Below are positions 55,804-64,000 of a DNA stretch of 64,000 nucleotides, piece by piece (position 1 is the stretch's first letter; each line of letters begins with the position of its first letter). The position numbers were made by a program, and so were the translations under genes. Source of the DNA: Acidobacteriota bacterium (lineage in GTDB: Bacteria > Acidobacteriota > UBA6911 > RPQK01 > JAJDTT01). Below the pieces are notes generated by a model. It saw nothing but the letters and a program-made list of their open reading frames with translations. It was not told the DNA's origin and made no database searches. Location: positions 1,408,001 through 1,472,000 of the forward strand of contig OZ253580.1 of the NCBI GenBank assembly GCA_965263035.1, read 5' to 3'.

Positions 55804-57744
55804 TCAGGTCAGAACCGACCCCAGGCGGACCTCTTCGGTGAAGGTGGCCAGGACCGGTTTTCCTCCGTCCGAAGCCGCCACGATCATCCCGTTGGATTTC
55901 ACACCCATGAGCTTGGCCGGTTTGAGATTGGTCACGATGACGACCAGACGGCCCGGCAGAGACTCCGGCGAATACTGTTCGGCGATTCCCGCCACCACCT
56001 GGCGGACCTCGGACCCCAGATCCACCTTGAGCTTGAGGAGACGGGTCGACTTGGGGATGGACTCGGCGCTCACGATCCGGGCCACCTGCATCCGGACCTT
56101 GGCGAACTCCTTGATGTCGATGCGGGCATCTTCCTGGCCACCGGCCGCCGTCTTCTTCGGTTCGGCGCCCGCAGCCGCGGCAGCGGAGCTGGGAGCGCGT
56201 CGATTCTTCACTTTCACTCGAAACTCCTTCTTGTCCAGGCGCGGATAGATGTGTCCCAACTTTCCGATGGTGGAACCGCTCTCCAGACCGGCCCACTCCA
56301 GAGAGGAAATCCGATGATCTTCCAGGCGACGGCGAATACCGAGCTGGCTCAGTATGGCGGCCGCCCCCTCAGGGACGATGGGGGCCAGCATCAGCGCGAT
56401 CAATCGCAGCGCCTCGGCGGCGTGGTACAGGACACTCCCCAGTTGCGTCCGGCGGCTCGGGTCCTTGGCCAGAATCCAGGGTTCGTTGACCACCAGGTAC
56501 TTGTTCACCCGGCTGATCAGCTCCCAGACGGCCTCCATGGCCTTGTTGATCTGGAGATCCCCGAACCGTTCCCGGTAGAGTTGCGCGGTCTCGCCGCAGA
56601 AATCCCGGAGTTCCCGACCCTTCTCGTCCGATTCTCCCGCGTCCGGAATGACGCCGCCGAAATAGCTGCGGATCATCTTCAGCGTGCGTTGGGCCAAATT
56701 GCCCAGATCGTTGGCCAGGTCGCTGTTGACCCGCGTTCGAAGCCCGTCGAAGGAAAAGTTTCCGTCTGAGCCCAAAGGAATCTCCCGGAGCAGGAAATAG
56801 CGGAAGTAGTCGGTCTGCACCACGTTCGAGAGCTCGGCGGCGGTAACGAAGTTGCCTTTGGATTTGGACATCTTCTCCCCTTCGATGGTCCACCATCCGT
56901 GGCTCAGGATCCGCTTGGGAGGAGCCAGGCCGGCCGCCATCAGGAACGCCGGCCAGAAGACGGCGTGAAAGCGAAGGATGTCCTTGCCGATGAGGTGGAC
57001 GTCTACCGGCCACCAGGTCTCGAACTTCTCGTCGTCGGTGCCGTAGCCCATGCCCGAGATATATCCGGTGAGGGCGTCGAACCAGACGTAGAAGATGTGC
57101 TTCTCGTCGTCCGGGACGGGGATGCCCCAGCGAAATGAGGTTCGACTGATGCTCAGGTCCTGAAGACCGCCTTCGACGAAGCGGACCACCTCGTTCATTC
57201 GGGTGCGAGGGACCACGAAGTCAGGGTTCTCCCGGTAGAACCGGAGCAGTTTCTCCTGAAACGCCGACAGCTTGAAAAAATAGCTGTCCTCGGTCATGAA
57301 CTCGGTGGGCCGCCCGCAGTCGGGACAATTCCGGCCTTCCGCCACATAGGCCTCGCAACCCACGCAATAGTTGCCTTGATACTGACCGAGATAGACGCTT
57401 CCGCTCTTCTTGACTGCCCGGAAGAGCTTGGCGACGGCGCGATAGTGACGCTCCTCGGTGGTACGTATGAACTCGTCGAAGCTCAAACCGAGCCGCTCCC
57501 AGGTGTTTCGAAACTTGGCGGCATAGGTGTCCACCAGTTCCTGGGGCTCGATGCCCTGTTGCCGCGCCGACCGCTCGATCTTGAGACCGTGCTCGTCGGT
57601 GCCGGTCAGAAAGGAGACGTCGTCGCCGCACATTCTCCGGTAGCGGACGATGGCGTCGGCGATGACGGTGGTGTAGGTATGCCCGACGTGGGGCACGTCG
57701 TTGACATAGTAGAGAGGAGTCGTGAGATAGAAGGTCTTGGACAT
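55804..57744 (-). CDS. metG: Methionine--tRNA ligase
   Basis: HVGH, GTDEHG, KMSKS; C-terminal tRNA-binding OB fold. Confidence 0.97.
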   Translation of the reverse strand: MSKTFYLTTPLYYVNDVPHVGHTYTTVIADAIVRYRRMCGDDVSFLTGTDEHGLKIERSARQQGIEPQELVDTYAAKFRNTWERLGLSFDEFIRTTEERHYRAVAKLFRAVKKSGSVYLGQYQGNYCVGCEAYVAEGRNCPDCGRPTEFMTEDSYFFKLSAFQEKLLRFYRENPDFVVPRTRMNEVVRFVEGGLQDLSISRTSFRWGIPVPDDEKHIFYVWFDALTGYISGMGYGTDDEKFETWWPVDVHLIGKDILRFHAVFWPAFLMAAGLAPPKRILSHGWWTIEGEKMSKSKGNFVTAAELSNVVQTDYFRYFLLREIPLGSDGNFSFDGLRTRVNSDLANDLGNLAQRTLKMIRSYFGGVIPDAGESDEKGRELRDFCGETAQLYRERFGDLQINKAMEAVWELISRVNKYLVVNEPWILAKDPSRRTQLGSVLYHAAEALRLIALMLAPIVPEGAAAILSQLGIRRRLEDHRISSLEWAGLESGSTIGKLGHIYPRLDKKEFRVKVKNRRAPSSAAAAAGAEPKKTAAGGQEDARIDIKEFAKVRMQVARIVSAESIPKSTRLLKLKVDLGSEVRQVVAGIAEQYSPESLPGRLVVIVTNLKPAKLMGVKSNGMIVAASDGGKPVLATFTEEVRLGSVLT

Positions 57745-57749
57745 GGCCC

Positions 57750-58976
57750 CTATTCCGTCTCAGTCGCCTCGCGGATCGCCATCTGTCTCAGATTCTTCAA
57801 CGGAAGACGGGTCCTTTCGGCGATCCTTTTCAGGTCTTCGTACTCGGGCCAGACGGTGACCGCCTCTCCCCGAAAGCGTCCCACCTTGACTCGAACCGTT
57901 CCGTGCCCGGTCTCCACCTCCCGGATCTCGCGCTCTAGGACCCAGCGCCGCCAGGGTTTCCACCGAATTCCCAAGGTCGTCGTCTCCCGGAAGATGAGAC
58001 TCATCATACGATCCCGGTCCTGGGGACGGCAGAGCACCGATAGATGGTGTCCGGGCCTTCCTTTTTTCATCTGCTGGGGAGCGCAGCGGACGTCCAGAGC
58101 GCCTTCGCCCATAGCCGTTTCCATAAAGTAGCCGATGGCCTCCGGATCCAGGTCGTCGATATCGGCTTCCAGGACCAGGATCTCTTCGTCACGCACTCCT
58201 TCGGCGGCCGTCGGGGAGGGTTGTTCCTCGCCGGCTTCGCAACCGAGGACCAGCCTCAACATGTTGGGAATTCCGGGCAACTCCCGGTCTCCGGCCCCGA
58301 AGCCCCATCGGTCCAGAGTCCAAGCGGGCGTCGCGGCGCCGGGCGCCGCCAGCGTGGTTACGATGGCCGCCCCGGTGGGCGTGGTCAGCTCCGCCTGCAC
58401 CTCCCCCATGACCACGGGATAGCCGCGGACCAAGTGAGCGGTCGCGGGTGCGGGGACGGGCCAGGTGCCATGGGAGAAGGTCACGGTGCCGCCGCCCAGG
58501 CTCAGGGGACTCGAGAAAAAACGGCGGGCGCCGAAATAGTGGAATCCGATGCAAGCTCCGACGATATCCACGATGGCGTCCACCGCGCCCACTTCATGAA
58601 AGTGAACATGCTCCACCGATTCTCCGTGGACGGCCGCCTCCGCCCTGGCCAGCCGCCGAAATACCGACAGCGCCATTTCCTTGACCGGATCCTCCAGCCC
58701 ACTCCTTTCGATCAGCCCGTAGATCTGCCCTGGCGTGCGTCCATGGGAGTGCCGTCCATTCTCGATCTCGACACGGAAGTCGATCCCCGAGAGTCCGTTC
58801 CGGTCGATCTTGCGGGCGGTGAGGCGATAGGGCTCGAGCGGCAACGAAGCGAGCCGCCGCCGAAGGTGATCCAAGGGGAGCCCCAGATCCAGCAACCCTC
58901 CCAGGATCATGTCCCCGCTCACGCCGTTGAAGGCGTCGAAGTAGAGTATGCGATCCCGGCCGCCGTCCGTTCCCAT
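57750..58976 (-). CDS. larC: Nickel pincer cofactor nickel insertase
   Basis: YFDAFNGVSGDMILG, VHFHEVGAVDAIVD, PVPAPAT, ELTTPTG, MKKGRPG, ETTTLG, PEYED. Confidence 0.92.
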   Translation of the reverse strand: MGTDGGRDRILYFDAFNGVSGDMILGGLLDLGLPLDHLRRRLASLPLEPYRLTARKIDRNGLSGIDFRVEIENGRHSHGRTPGQIYGLIERSGLEDPVKEMALSVFRRLARAEAAVHGESVEHVHFHEVGAVDAIVDIVGACIGFHYFGARRFFSSPLSLGGGTVTFSHGTWPVPAPATAHLVRGYPVVMGEVQAELTTPTGAAIVTTLAAPGAATPAWTLDRWGFGAGDRELPGIPNMLRLVLGCEAGEEQPSPTAAEGVRDEEILVLEADIDDLDPEAIGYFMETAMGEGALDVRCAPQQMKKGRPGHHLSVLCRPQDRDRMMSLIFRETTTLGIRWKPWRRWVLEREIREVETGHGTVRVKVGRFRGEAVTVWPEYEDLKRIAERTRLPLKNLRQMAIREATETE

Positions 58977-59272
58977 CCCGCACACAATAGCACGGCCGGA
59001 GAGGAAAATAGGAAAGGAGGAAAGGAGGAAAGCGAGAAGAGGGAGTGTTTGGATAGCGTAGATTTGGAAGAAAAAACGATTCAGCCGCTGACACCTTTGG
59101 CCGTCCAACCGGATCCCGGGTTGCTCCCTTGCACTCGCCGCAACCCGGGTGGCCGATCTCCCAAGTCCTCATCTCCTCCTCTCGTTTCCCACGACTCATC
59201 CCCCTTTATTCTCTTTCCTCTTTTCTCTTTCCTCCCCCCGGAACCCCCTCCGGCGTCTGATATCATTGGCCC

Positions 59273-61231
59273 ATGTTGCTGCGCCGGGCCCGCCAGAGTG
59301 AGGCGTTGTTCCGGGAATTCGTGCGCGAACGGTTTTCCTTGGAACTGGGGTCCGCCGCCGCCAAATCGCCACCGAGGATCGAGTTCGGGGATCTGGCCTT
59401 CGCCTTTCCCTTCGAATTGGCCCGGAGCCTGCGGCGAGCTCCCCGTGACATCGCCCTGGAGATCGCCGCCAACTTCCGGATGCCCTCCTGGATGGAAAGG
59501 GTCGAGGCGGCCGGAGGCTACGTCAACATCTATCTGAAGCGGGATCGATTCCTGGCCGATCTCCAGGACTCCCTCTCCACATCGCCGGAACCGGAACGCG
59601 GACCGAAGATCATCGTCGAGCACACCAATATCAACCCCAACAAGGCGGCTCACATCGGACATCTCCGGAACGCGGTCCTGGGCGACACCTTCGGCCGTCT
59701 GTTGCGCTCTCGGGGCCATTCGGTGGAGATTCAGAACTACATCGACGACACCGGCGTTCAGGTCGCCGACGTCGTGGTTGGATTCCAGCAGTTGCGGGAA
59801 TTGAACTTGGAGCAGGTCCGGGCGATTCCCGAACCCTTCGATTACTACTGCTGGGACCTGTACGCCCAAGTCTGCGACTGGTATGGACAGGAGGACTCGC
59901 GCCTCGAGCATCGCCGCCGCACACTTCGAGAGATCGAGGAGGGAGAGGGCGAGACCAGCCGGATGGCCGAGCACATTTCCCTCCGCATCGTGAACGCCCA
60001 CCTGCGAACCATGTGGCGCATCGGCGTCCGTTACGACGTCCTTCCCCGCGAAAGCCAGATCCTGAGGGAGAGATTCTGGGACGAGGCCTTCGACCGGCTC
60101 AAACAGCGCAAGGCCATCACCCACGTTGCGGACGGACCCAACCGAGGTTGCTGGGTGATGCGGCTGCCAGGCGAGAACGGTCAGCCTGCGGAGGAGAAGA
60201 TCATCGTCCGCAGCGACGGGACCGTCACCTACGTGGGCAAGGACATTGCCTATCAACTCTGGAAGTTCGGCTTGCTGGACAAGAACTTTCGCTACCGGGT
60301 CGTGCACCGTTACCCGGACCGGGACCAGGTCTGGATGACCAGTTCCGACGGAGCCTCCGACGTCGAGAAGGACTTCGGACGCGGCCAGAGTGTCTACAAC
60401 GTCATCGACGTTCGCCAATCCTACCTGCAGCGGGTGGTGGTCCACGGCCTTCGCAGCCTGGGCCACGAAGTCCCCGCCGACCATTCCACCCACTTTTCCT
60501 ACGAGATGGTGGCTCTCTCCCTGAAGTGCAGCCAAGAACTGGGGATCGAACTCTCGGAGGCGGACCGGGCCAGACCCTACGTGGAGGTCTCCGGACGCAA
60601 GGGACTGGGGGTCAAGGCGGATGATCTGGTGGACAAGCTCATCGAGAAGTCACTCCTGGAAGTGGCCAACCGCCAGCCGGACCTGACCCACGAGGCGCGG
60701 CTGCGGATCGCCACTCAGATCGCCGTTGGATCCCTGCGGTATTTCCTCCTCAAATATGCCCGCAACTCGGTCATCGCCTTCGACTTCGGGGCGGCTCTGA
60801 GCTTCGAGGGAGAGACCGGCCCCTATCTGCAATATTCGGTGGTGCGCGCCAACAACATCTTCCGCAAGCTGCGGTCCCAGGGGGGCGTCACGGTGGATCA
60901 CGACCAGGAGGATCCGCAGAGGAATCTGCGGGAGTACCCGGAACAGTTCGCCGATCTGCTTCAGGACGATCAGATCTGGAAGTTGTTGCTTCAGGCTGGA
61001 AGGTCGGAAGGCGCCACCGAGCAGTCCCTCAAGACCCTGGAAATGTCCTACCTGGCCAAGCACGCCTTCTCACTGGCCCAGATCTTCAACATCTTCTACC
61101 ATAGCCATCACATCCTTTCGCAGAAGGACTCGCGGAAGCAGACCTGTTATCTGGCGGTGGCGGACACGGCGCGCCGGGCCATGACGCGGTCTCTCGCACT
61201 CCTGGGCATCGAAGTTCCGGAAAGAATGTAG
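59273..61231 (+). CDS. argS: Arginine--tRNA ligase
   Basis: EHTNINPNKAAHIGH, GETGPYLQY, C-terminal PERM. Confidence 0.96.
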   Translation: MLLRRARQSEALFREFVRERFSLELGSAAAKSPPRIEFGDLAFAFPFELARSLRRAPRDIALEIAANFRMPSWMERVEAAGGYVNIYLKRDRFLADLQDSLSTSPEPERGPKIIVEHTNINPNKAAHIGHLRNAVLGDTFGRLLRSRGHSVEIQNYIDDTGVQVADVVVGFQQLRELNLEQVRAIPEPFDYYCWDLYAQVCDWYGQEDSRLEHRRRTLREIEEGEGETSRMAEHISLRIVNAHLRTMWRIGVRYDVLPRESQILRERFWDEAFDRLKQRKAITHVADGPNRGCWVMRLPGENGQPAEEKIIVRSDGTVTYVGKDIAYQLWKFGLLDKNFRYRVVHRYPDRDQVWMTSSDGASDVEKDFGRGQSVYNVIDVRQSYLQRVVVHGLRSLGHEVPADHSTHFSYEMVALSLKCSQELGIELSEADRARPYVEVSGRKGLGVKADDLVDKLIEKSLLEVANRQPDLTHEARLRIATQIAVGSLRYFLLKYARNSVIAFDFGAALSFEGETGPYLQYSVVRANNIFRKLRSQGGVTVDHDQEDPQRNLREYPEQFADLLQDDQIWKLLLQAGRSEGATEQSLKTLEMSYLAKHAFSLAQIFNIFYHSHHILSQKDSRKQTCYLAVADTARRAMTRSLALLGIEVPERM

Positions 61232-61233
61232 GC

Positions 61234-62301
61234 ATGTCCTGCGTTTTCCAGATTCCGTTCCTGCTGCTGGCATCCCTGGCCGCCGGATCGGCCTCCGAGA
61301 CGTTGCCGCCGCTCGAGCAGGTCTTCACCCTGTACGAGATGCGCATTTATCGGGCCAAGAACGCCTACAAGTCTCACATGAACCTTTTCCGGAAGGCCCT
61401 GGAGCGGAATTCCAAGCGTCTGGCAGCCTCCGGGAAGGAGTCGGACCTCAGGACCGTCCTGAAGGTGCTGGCAGACATCAGGGCCCTCTCCGAGCATGCT
61501 CTCCGGGAAACCCCCGCCCGCGAGAAGGACGGCCGCTCCAGGGAAGCGAAACGCCTGGAAATACGGGCGAGGCGCATCGTGGAGGCGATGGAGGACCTCA
61601 AGCTCGCCTTACCCTTTGAATACCGGGACGATTTCAACGACTGTATCCGATCTCTGGAAAAGCTGCGCAAGCACCTTCTGGAACAACTCTTTGGCCGGTT
61701 CACCCCGGCGGACACCCGGTCTGCGCCCGGAATCGCTCACGGCCTGCTGCCTTCCAAGCCGGCATCCCCTGCGGTCTTCTTCTCCCAGTCGGCAGACGGT
61801 TTCACCGACGAGGAATACACCAAGATCCAAAGGGCGCAGGAGCTGGACAGGCGAACCCGTGTTTTCCTGAAGATTGCGGAAGATCGTCTGGAGGCGCTGG
61901 AAGAGCGCTGGACCCGACTGACGGGGCAGGAGCCTCCGGTGACCGGGAAGAAGCGGAAGAAAAAAAAGAAAAAGAAGAATAAAAACGGGGAGGACGAGGG
62001 TCCGCTGGCGTTCCATGCCCACTGGGAACTGCTCCATGCCTACGAGCGAGCCATCGACGGCGTCATGATCAACATCGACGAGAAGGCCAACCAGCGGCGG
62101 CTCTCGGGAAAGGAGATCCGGAAGGTCCTGAAGAGGTTCTGCGAGAACGTCCTCGAGTTCGAGCCGCGCCTGGAAACCATGGAGAAGCTGGCGGTCCAGG
62201 TGGACGATGATGACTATTGGCTGACCCTGGAGGAGGCCAAGAAGACCACCGATATCGCCCGCAAAGGATGCCGCCTGGGTCTGGGCGGAGACCTGGAATA
62301 G
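61234..62301 (+). CDS. Secreted helical hypothetical protein
   Basis: Signal peptide; two similar helical halves; poly-Lys insert; directly follows argS. Confidence 0.7.
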   Translation: MSCVFQIPFLLLASLAAGSASETLPPLEQVFTLYEMRIYRAKNAYKSHMNLFRKALERNSKRLAASGKESDLRTVLKVLADIRALSEHALRETPAREKDGRSREAKRLEIRARRIVEAMEDLKLALPFEYRDDFNDCIRSLEKLRKHLLEQLFGRFTPADTRSAPGIAHGLLPSKPASPAVFFSQSADGFTDEEYTKIQRAQELDRRTRVFLKIAEDRLEALEERWTRLTGQEPPVTGKKRKKKKKKKNKNGEDEGPLAFHAHWELLHAYERAIDGVMINIDEKANQRRLSGKEIRKVLKRFCENVLEFEPRLETMEKLAVQVDDDDYWLTLEEAKKTTDIARKGCRLGLGGDLE

Positions 62302-62370
62302 CCGGCGGGCGCCCATTGCGTCCCGCGGGACCCGGTTTCGGTCCGTTCCGGGCGCAGTTCAATTCCGGCG

Positions 62371-63012
62371 TCAAAGCTTTGAGTTCGGATGCGGCCGCTC
62401 GATCGCCCGCTTCAGCCACGTGATCCCAGCCAAGCCGGCAGCCCCGCAGCCCGCGATGCGGTTCAGGTCCGACTCCACGACGCCTCCCAGGGCGAATACC
62501 GGAATTTCGACGGAGAGGGCGATGCGCTCCAGGGCCGGGAAACCCAGAGCCGGTGCACGGGACTCTTTGGAGAGCGGATTCAGAACGGGGCTCACCAGCA
62601 CGTAGTCGGCTCCCGCCGCCGCCGCCCGCAGCACGTCGTCACGGCTGTGGGTCGACTTGCCCAGGAGAAACGACGCGTTTCCATACCGCTCGCGGAGTCG
62701 GATGGCGTGGGATAGATCCTGCTTCGAAGTCAGGTGGCTTCCGCCGGCCCCTTCCTGAAGGGCCAGCTCCACATGGGTGTTGATCAGAAACACTTTTCCG
62801 CTTCGGCCCGCCAACTCGACACCGTGCTTTACCCAGGTGCGGCTCTCCGCCGGCGAGAGGTCCTTTTCCCGCCACTGCAGGACGTGCGCCGGACTCCTGA
62901 AGATCCGGCCCAGATACTCCTGCGGCGCCAGACCGGGAAACGCGTCGCGATGTGAGATGCCGTAGAGGTAGGGGGGGCTATGTCTTCGGAAAATATCGCT
63001 GAAAATGGACAA
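62371..63012 (-). CDS. thiE: Thiamine-phosphate synthase family (ThiE/TenI)
   Basis: QWREKD, GSHL, GKSTHS, ADYVLVSPV, PVFALGGV. Confidence 0.75.
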   Translation of the reverse strand: MSIFSDIFRRHSPPYLYGISHRDAFPGLAPQEYLGRIFRSPAHVLQWREKDLSPAESRTWVKHGVELAGRSGKVFLINTHVELALQEGAGGSHLTSKQDLSHAIRLRERYGNASFLLGKSTHSRDDVLRAAAAGADYVLVSPVLNPLSKESRAPALGFPALERIALSVEIPVFALGGVVESDLNRIAGCGAAGLAGITWLKRAIERPHPNSKL

Positions 63013-63220
63013 TTTCCCACGTCCCCAAAATCAGGTTGGCCAGCCCCAGACCGGAGACTGCGCCACGTACGAAGTTGTTGAGCATGATCAGCCGGAGCCA
63101 GGGGTAGATATCCAGCAGCGAATTCTGGCCCCACTGATCCCACCAGGGAAACAGGAGCAGAAAGATCCCGACCTCGAAACAGTAGAGCACGTAGAGACCG
63201 AACAGGACCTTCTGAATCAT
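62978..63220 (-). CDS. Small membrane protein
   Basis: 80 aa; two TM segments (EVGIFLLLFPW; RGAVSGLG). Confidence 0.65.
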   Translation of the reverse strand: MIQKVLFGLYVLYCFEVGIFLLLFPWWDQWGQNSLLDIYPWLRLIMLNNFVRGAVSGLGLANLILGTWEIVHFQRYFPKT

Positions 63221-63267
63221 GAACCGCCGTTTGACACCGACTGCGGAATGCCCGCGAGAATTGCCGA

Positions 63268-63426
63268 CAGTCCGTGGCCAAGGTCTCGTTCAGCACCGAA
63301 CCCGGCGGCGCGCTCCCCGCACCGGGTGCGATGGACGATCCTGCCAAGCCTAATTTGCCGAGGAGCAACGCCGTCCACGGGAATTTCGCGCCGGGGGGAG
63401 GCCGAGACGAGTCCTGCCACGGGCGG
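63268..63426 (-). mobile_element. Degenerate MITE-B copy
   Basis: Colinear with 16722-16882: CAGTCCGTGG...AGCACCGA...CCGAGG.GCAACGC.GTCC...GACGA....TGCCACGGGC. Confidence 0.65.
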
Positions 63427-63768
63427 TCAGCGTTTCTCCCGGATCCTGGCCTTCTTGCCCTTGCGCTCGCGCAGATAGTAGAGCTTGGCTCGCCGGACTC
63501 GTCCTCTGCGCAATACCTGCACGCCCTCGATCAACGGAGAGTGGAAGGGGAAAATGCGCTCCACGCCGTAGCCGAACGAGATCCTGCGAACCGTGAAGGT
63601 GGAGCCCAGGCCCCGCCTGCGAATCGCGATGACGACTCCCTCGAAGGGCTGCACGCGAATCTTGTTGCCTTCCCTGATCTTGAAGTTGACCCGCACCGTA
63701 TCTCCGGGCCCGAAATCAGGGATCCCATCCCTCAACTGCGGCTGTTCGACCAGTTGTATCAGATTCAT
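63427..63768 (-). CDS. rplS: 50S ribosomal protein L19
   Basis: [30 protein letters not shown]. Confidence 0.97.
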   Translation of the reverse strand: MNLIQLVEQPQLRDGIPDFGPGDTVRVNFKIREGNKIRVQPFEGVVIAIRRRGLGSTFTVRRISFGYGVERIFPFHSPLIEGVQVLRRGRVRRAKLYYLRERKGKKARIREKR

Positions 63769-63778
63769 GACTCCACCC

Positions 63779-64000
63779 TTATCCTTTCGGCCTGCCGGAA
63801 CTCAATCCGGACACGAGCAAATCGGGCCTGCGATCCCGAGTACGTCTCAGAGCCTGCTCCTGCCGCCAGGAACGTATCTCCGCATGGTTCCCCGACAGCA
63901 GGACGTCGGGGACCGGCCGATCCCGGTATGTGGCCGGCCGCGTGTACTGAGGATAGTCCAACAAGCCGGTGGCAAACGACTCCTGCTCCAACGAAGCCGG
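63779..64000 (-). CDS. trmD: tRNA (guanine-N1)-methyltransferase, C-terminal part
   Basis: [29 protein letters not shown]; upstream of rplS. Confidence 0.95.
   Translation of the reverse strand, partial: PASLEQESFATGLLDYPQYTRPATYRDRPVPDVLLSGNHAEIRSWRQEQALRRTRDRRPDLLVSGLSSGRPKG

Noticed and set aside
57750-58976. larC without larA/B/E
   Set aside because: Scattered lar genes are widespread; nothing unusual is visible here.

Overview
High-GC bacterial chromosome window; gene content and protein styles suggest Acidobacteriota (inference, not verified). The housekeeping backbone includes bshB1/bshC, comEA, phnA, pilD, a TolC-family gene, an M48 peptidase, nnr-tsaE, four minor pilins, ubiE, aroB, a thiS-thiG fusion, nuoJKLMN, greA, PBP1A, a polyprenyl synthase, tatD, metG, larC, argS, thiE, rplS and trmD. 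Mobile DNA: three near-identical 2462-bp IS4/Tn5-like elements whose transposase carries an N-terminal DUF4338/DruA-like domain and which insert at CTAG with 8-bp duplications; two families of ~165-bp MITEs, one copy inserted in frame in ubiE; and an internally deleted TnpB relic. An accessory region (~35-51 kb) holds a type III PKS/methyltransferase pair, a sialidase-fold lipoprotein and a type I restriction-modification locus. The main candidates for new biology are (1) an HsdR fused to a C-terminal Schlafen/AlbA_2 domain, in a locus that also embeds VapBC and AbiE modules and whose hsdS is IS-disrupted, and (2) a putative prenol-salvage operon (FLDH-like reductase, VTE5/VTE6-like kinase fusion, UbiA prenyltransferase). 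No rRNA, tRNA or CRISPR array was recognised. All family assignments come from motif recognition by eye; no database searches were run.
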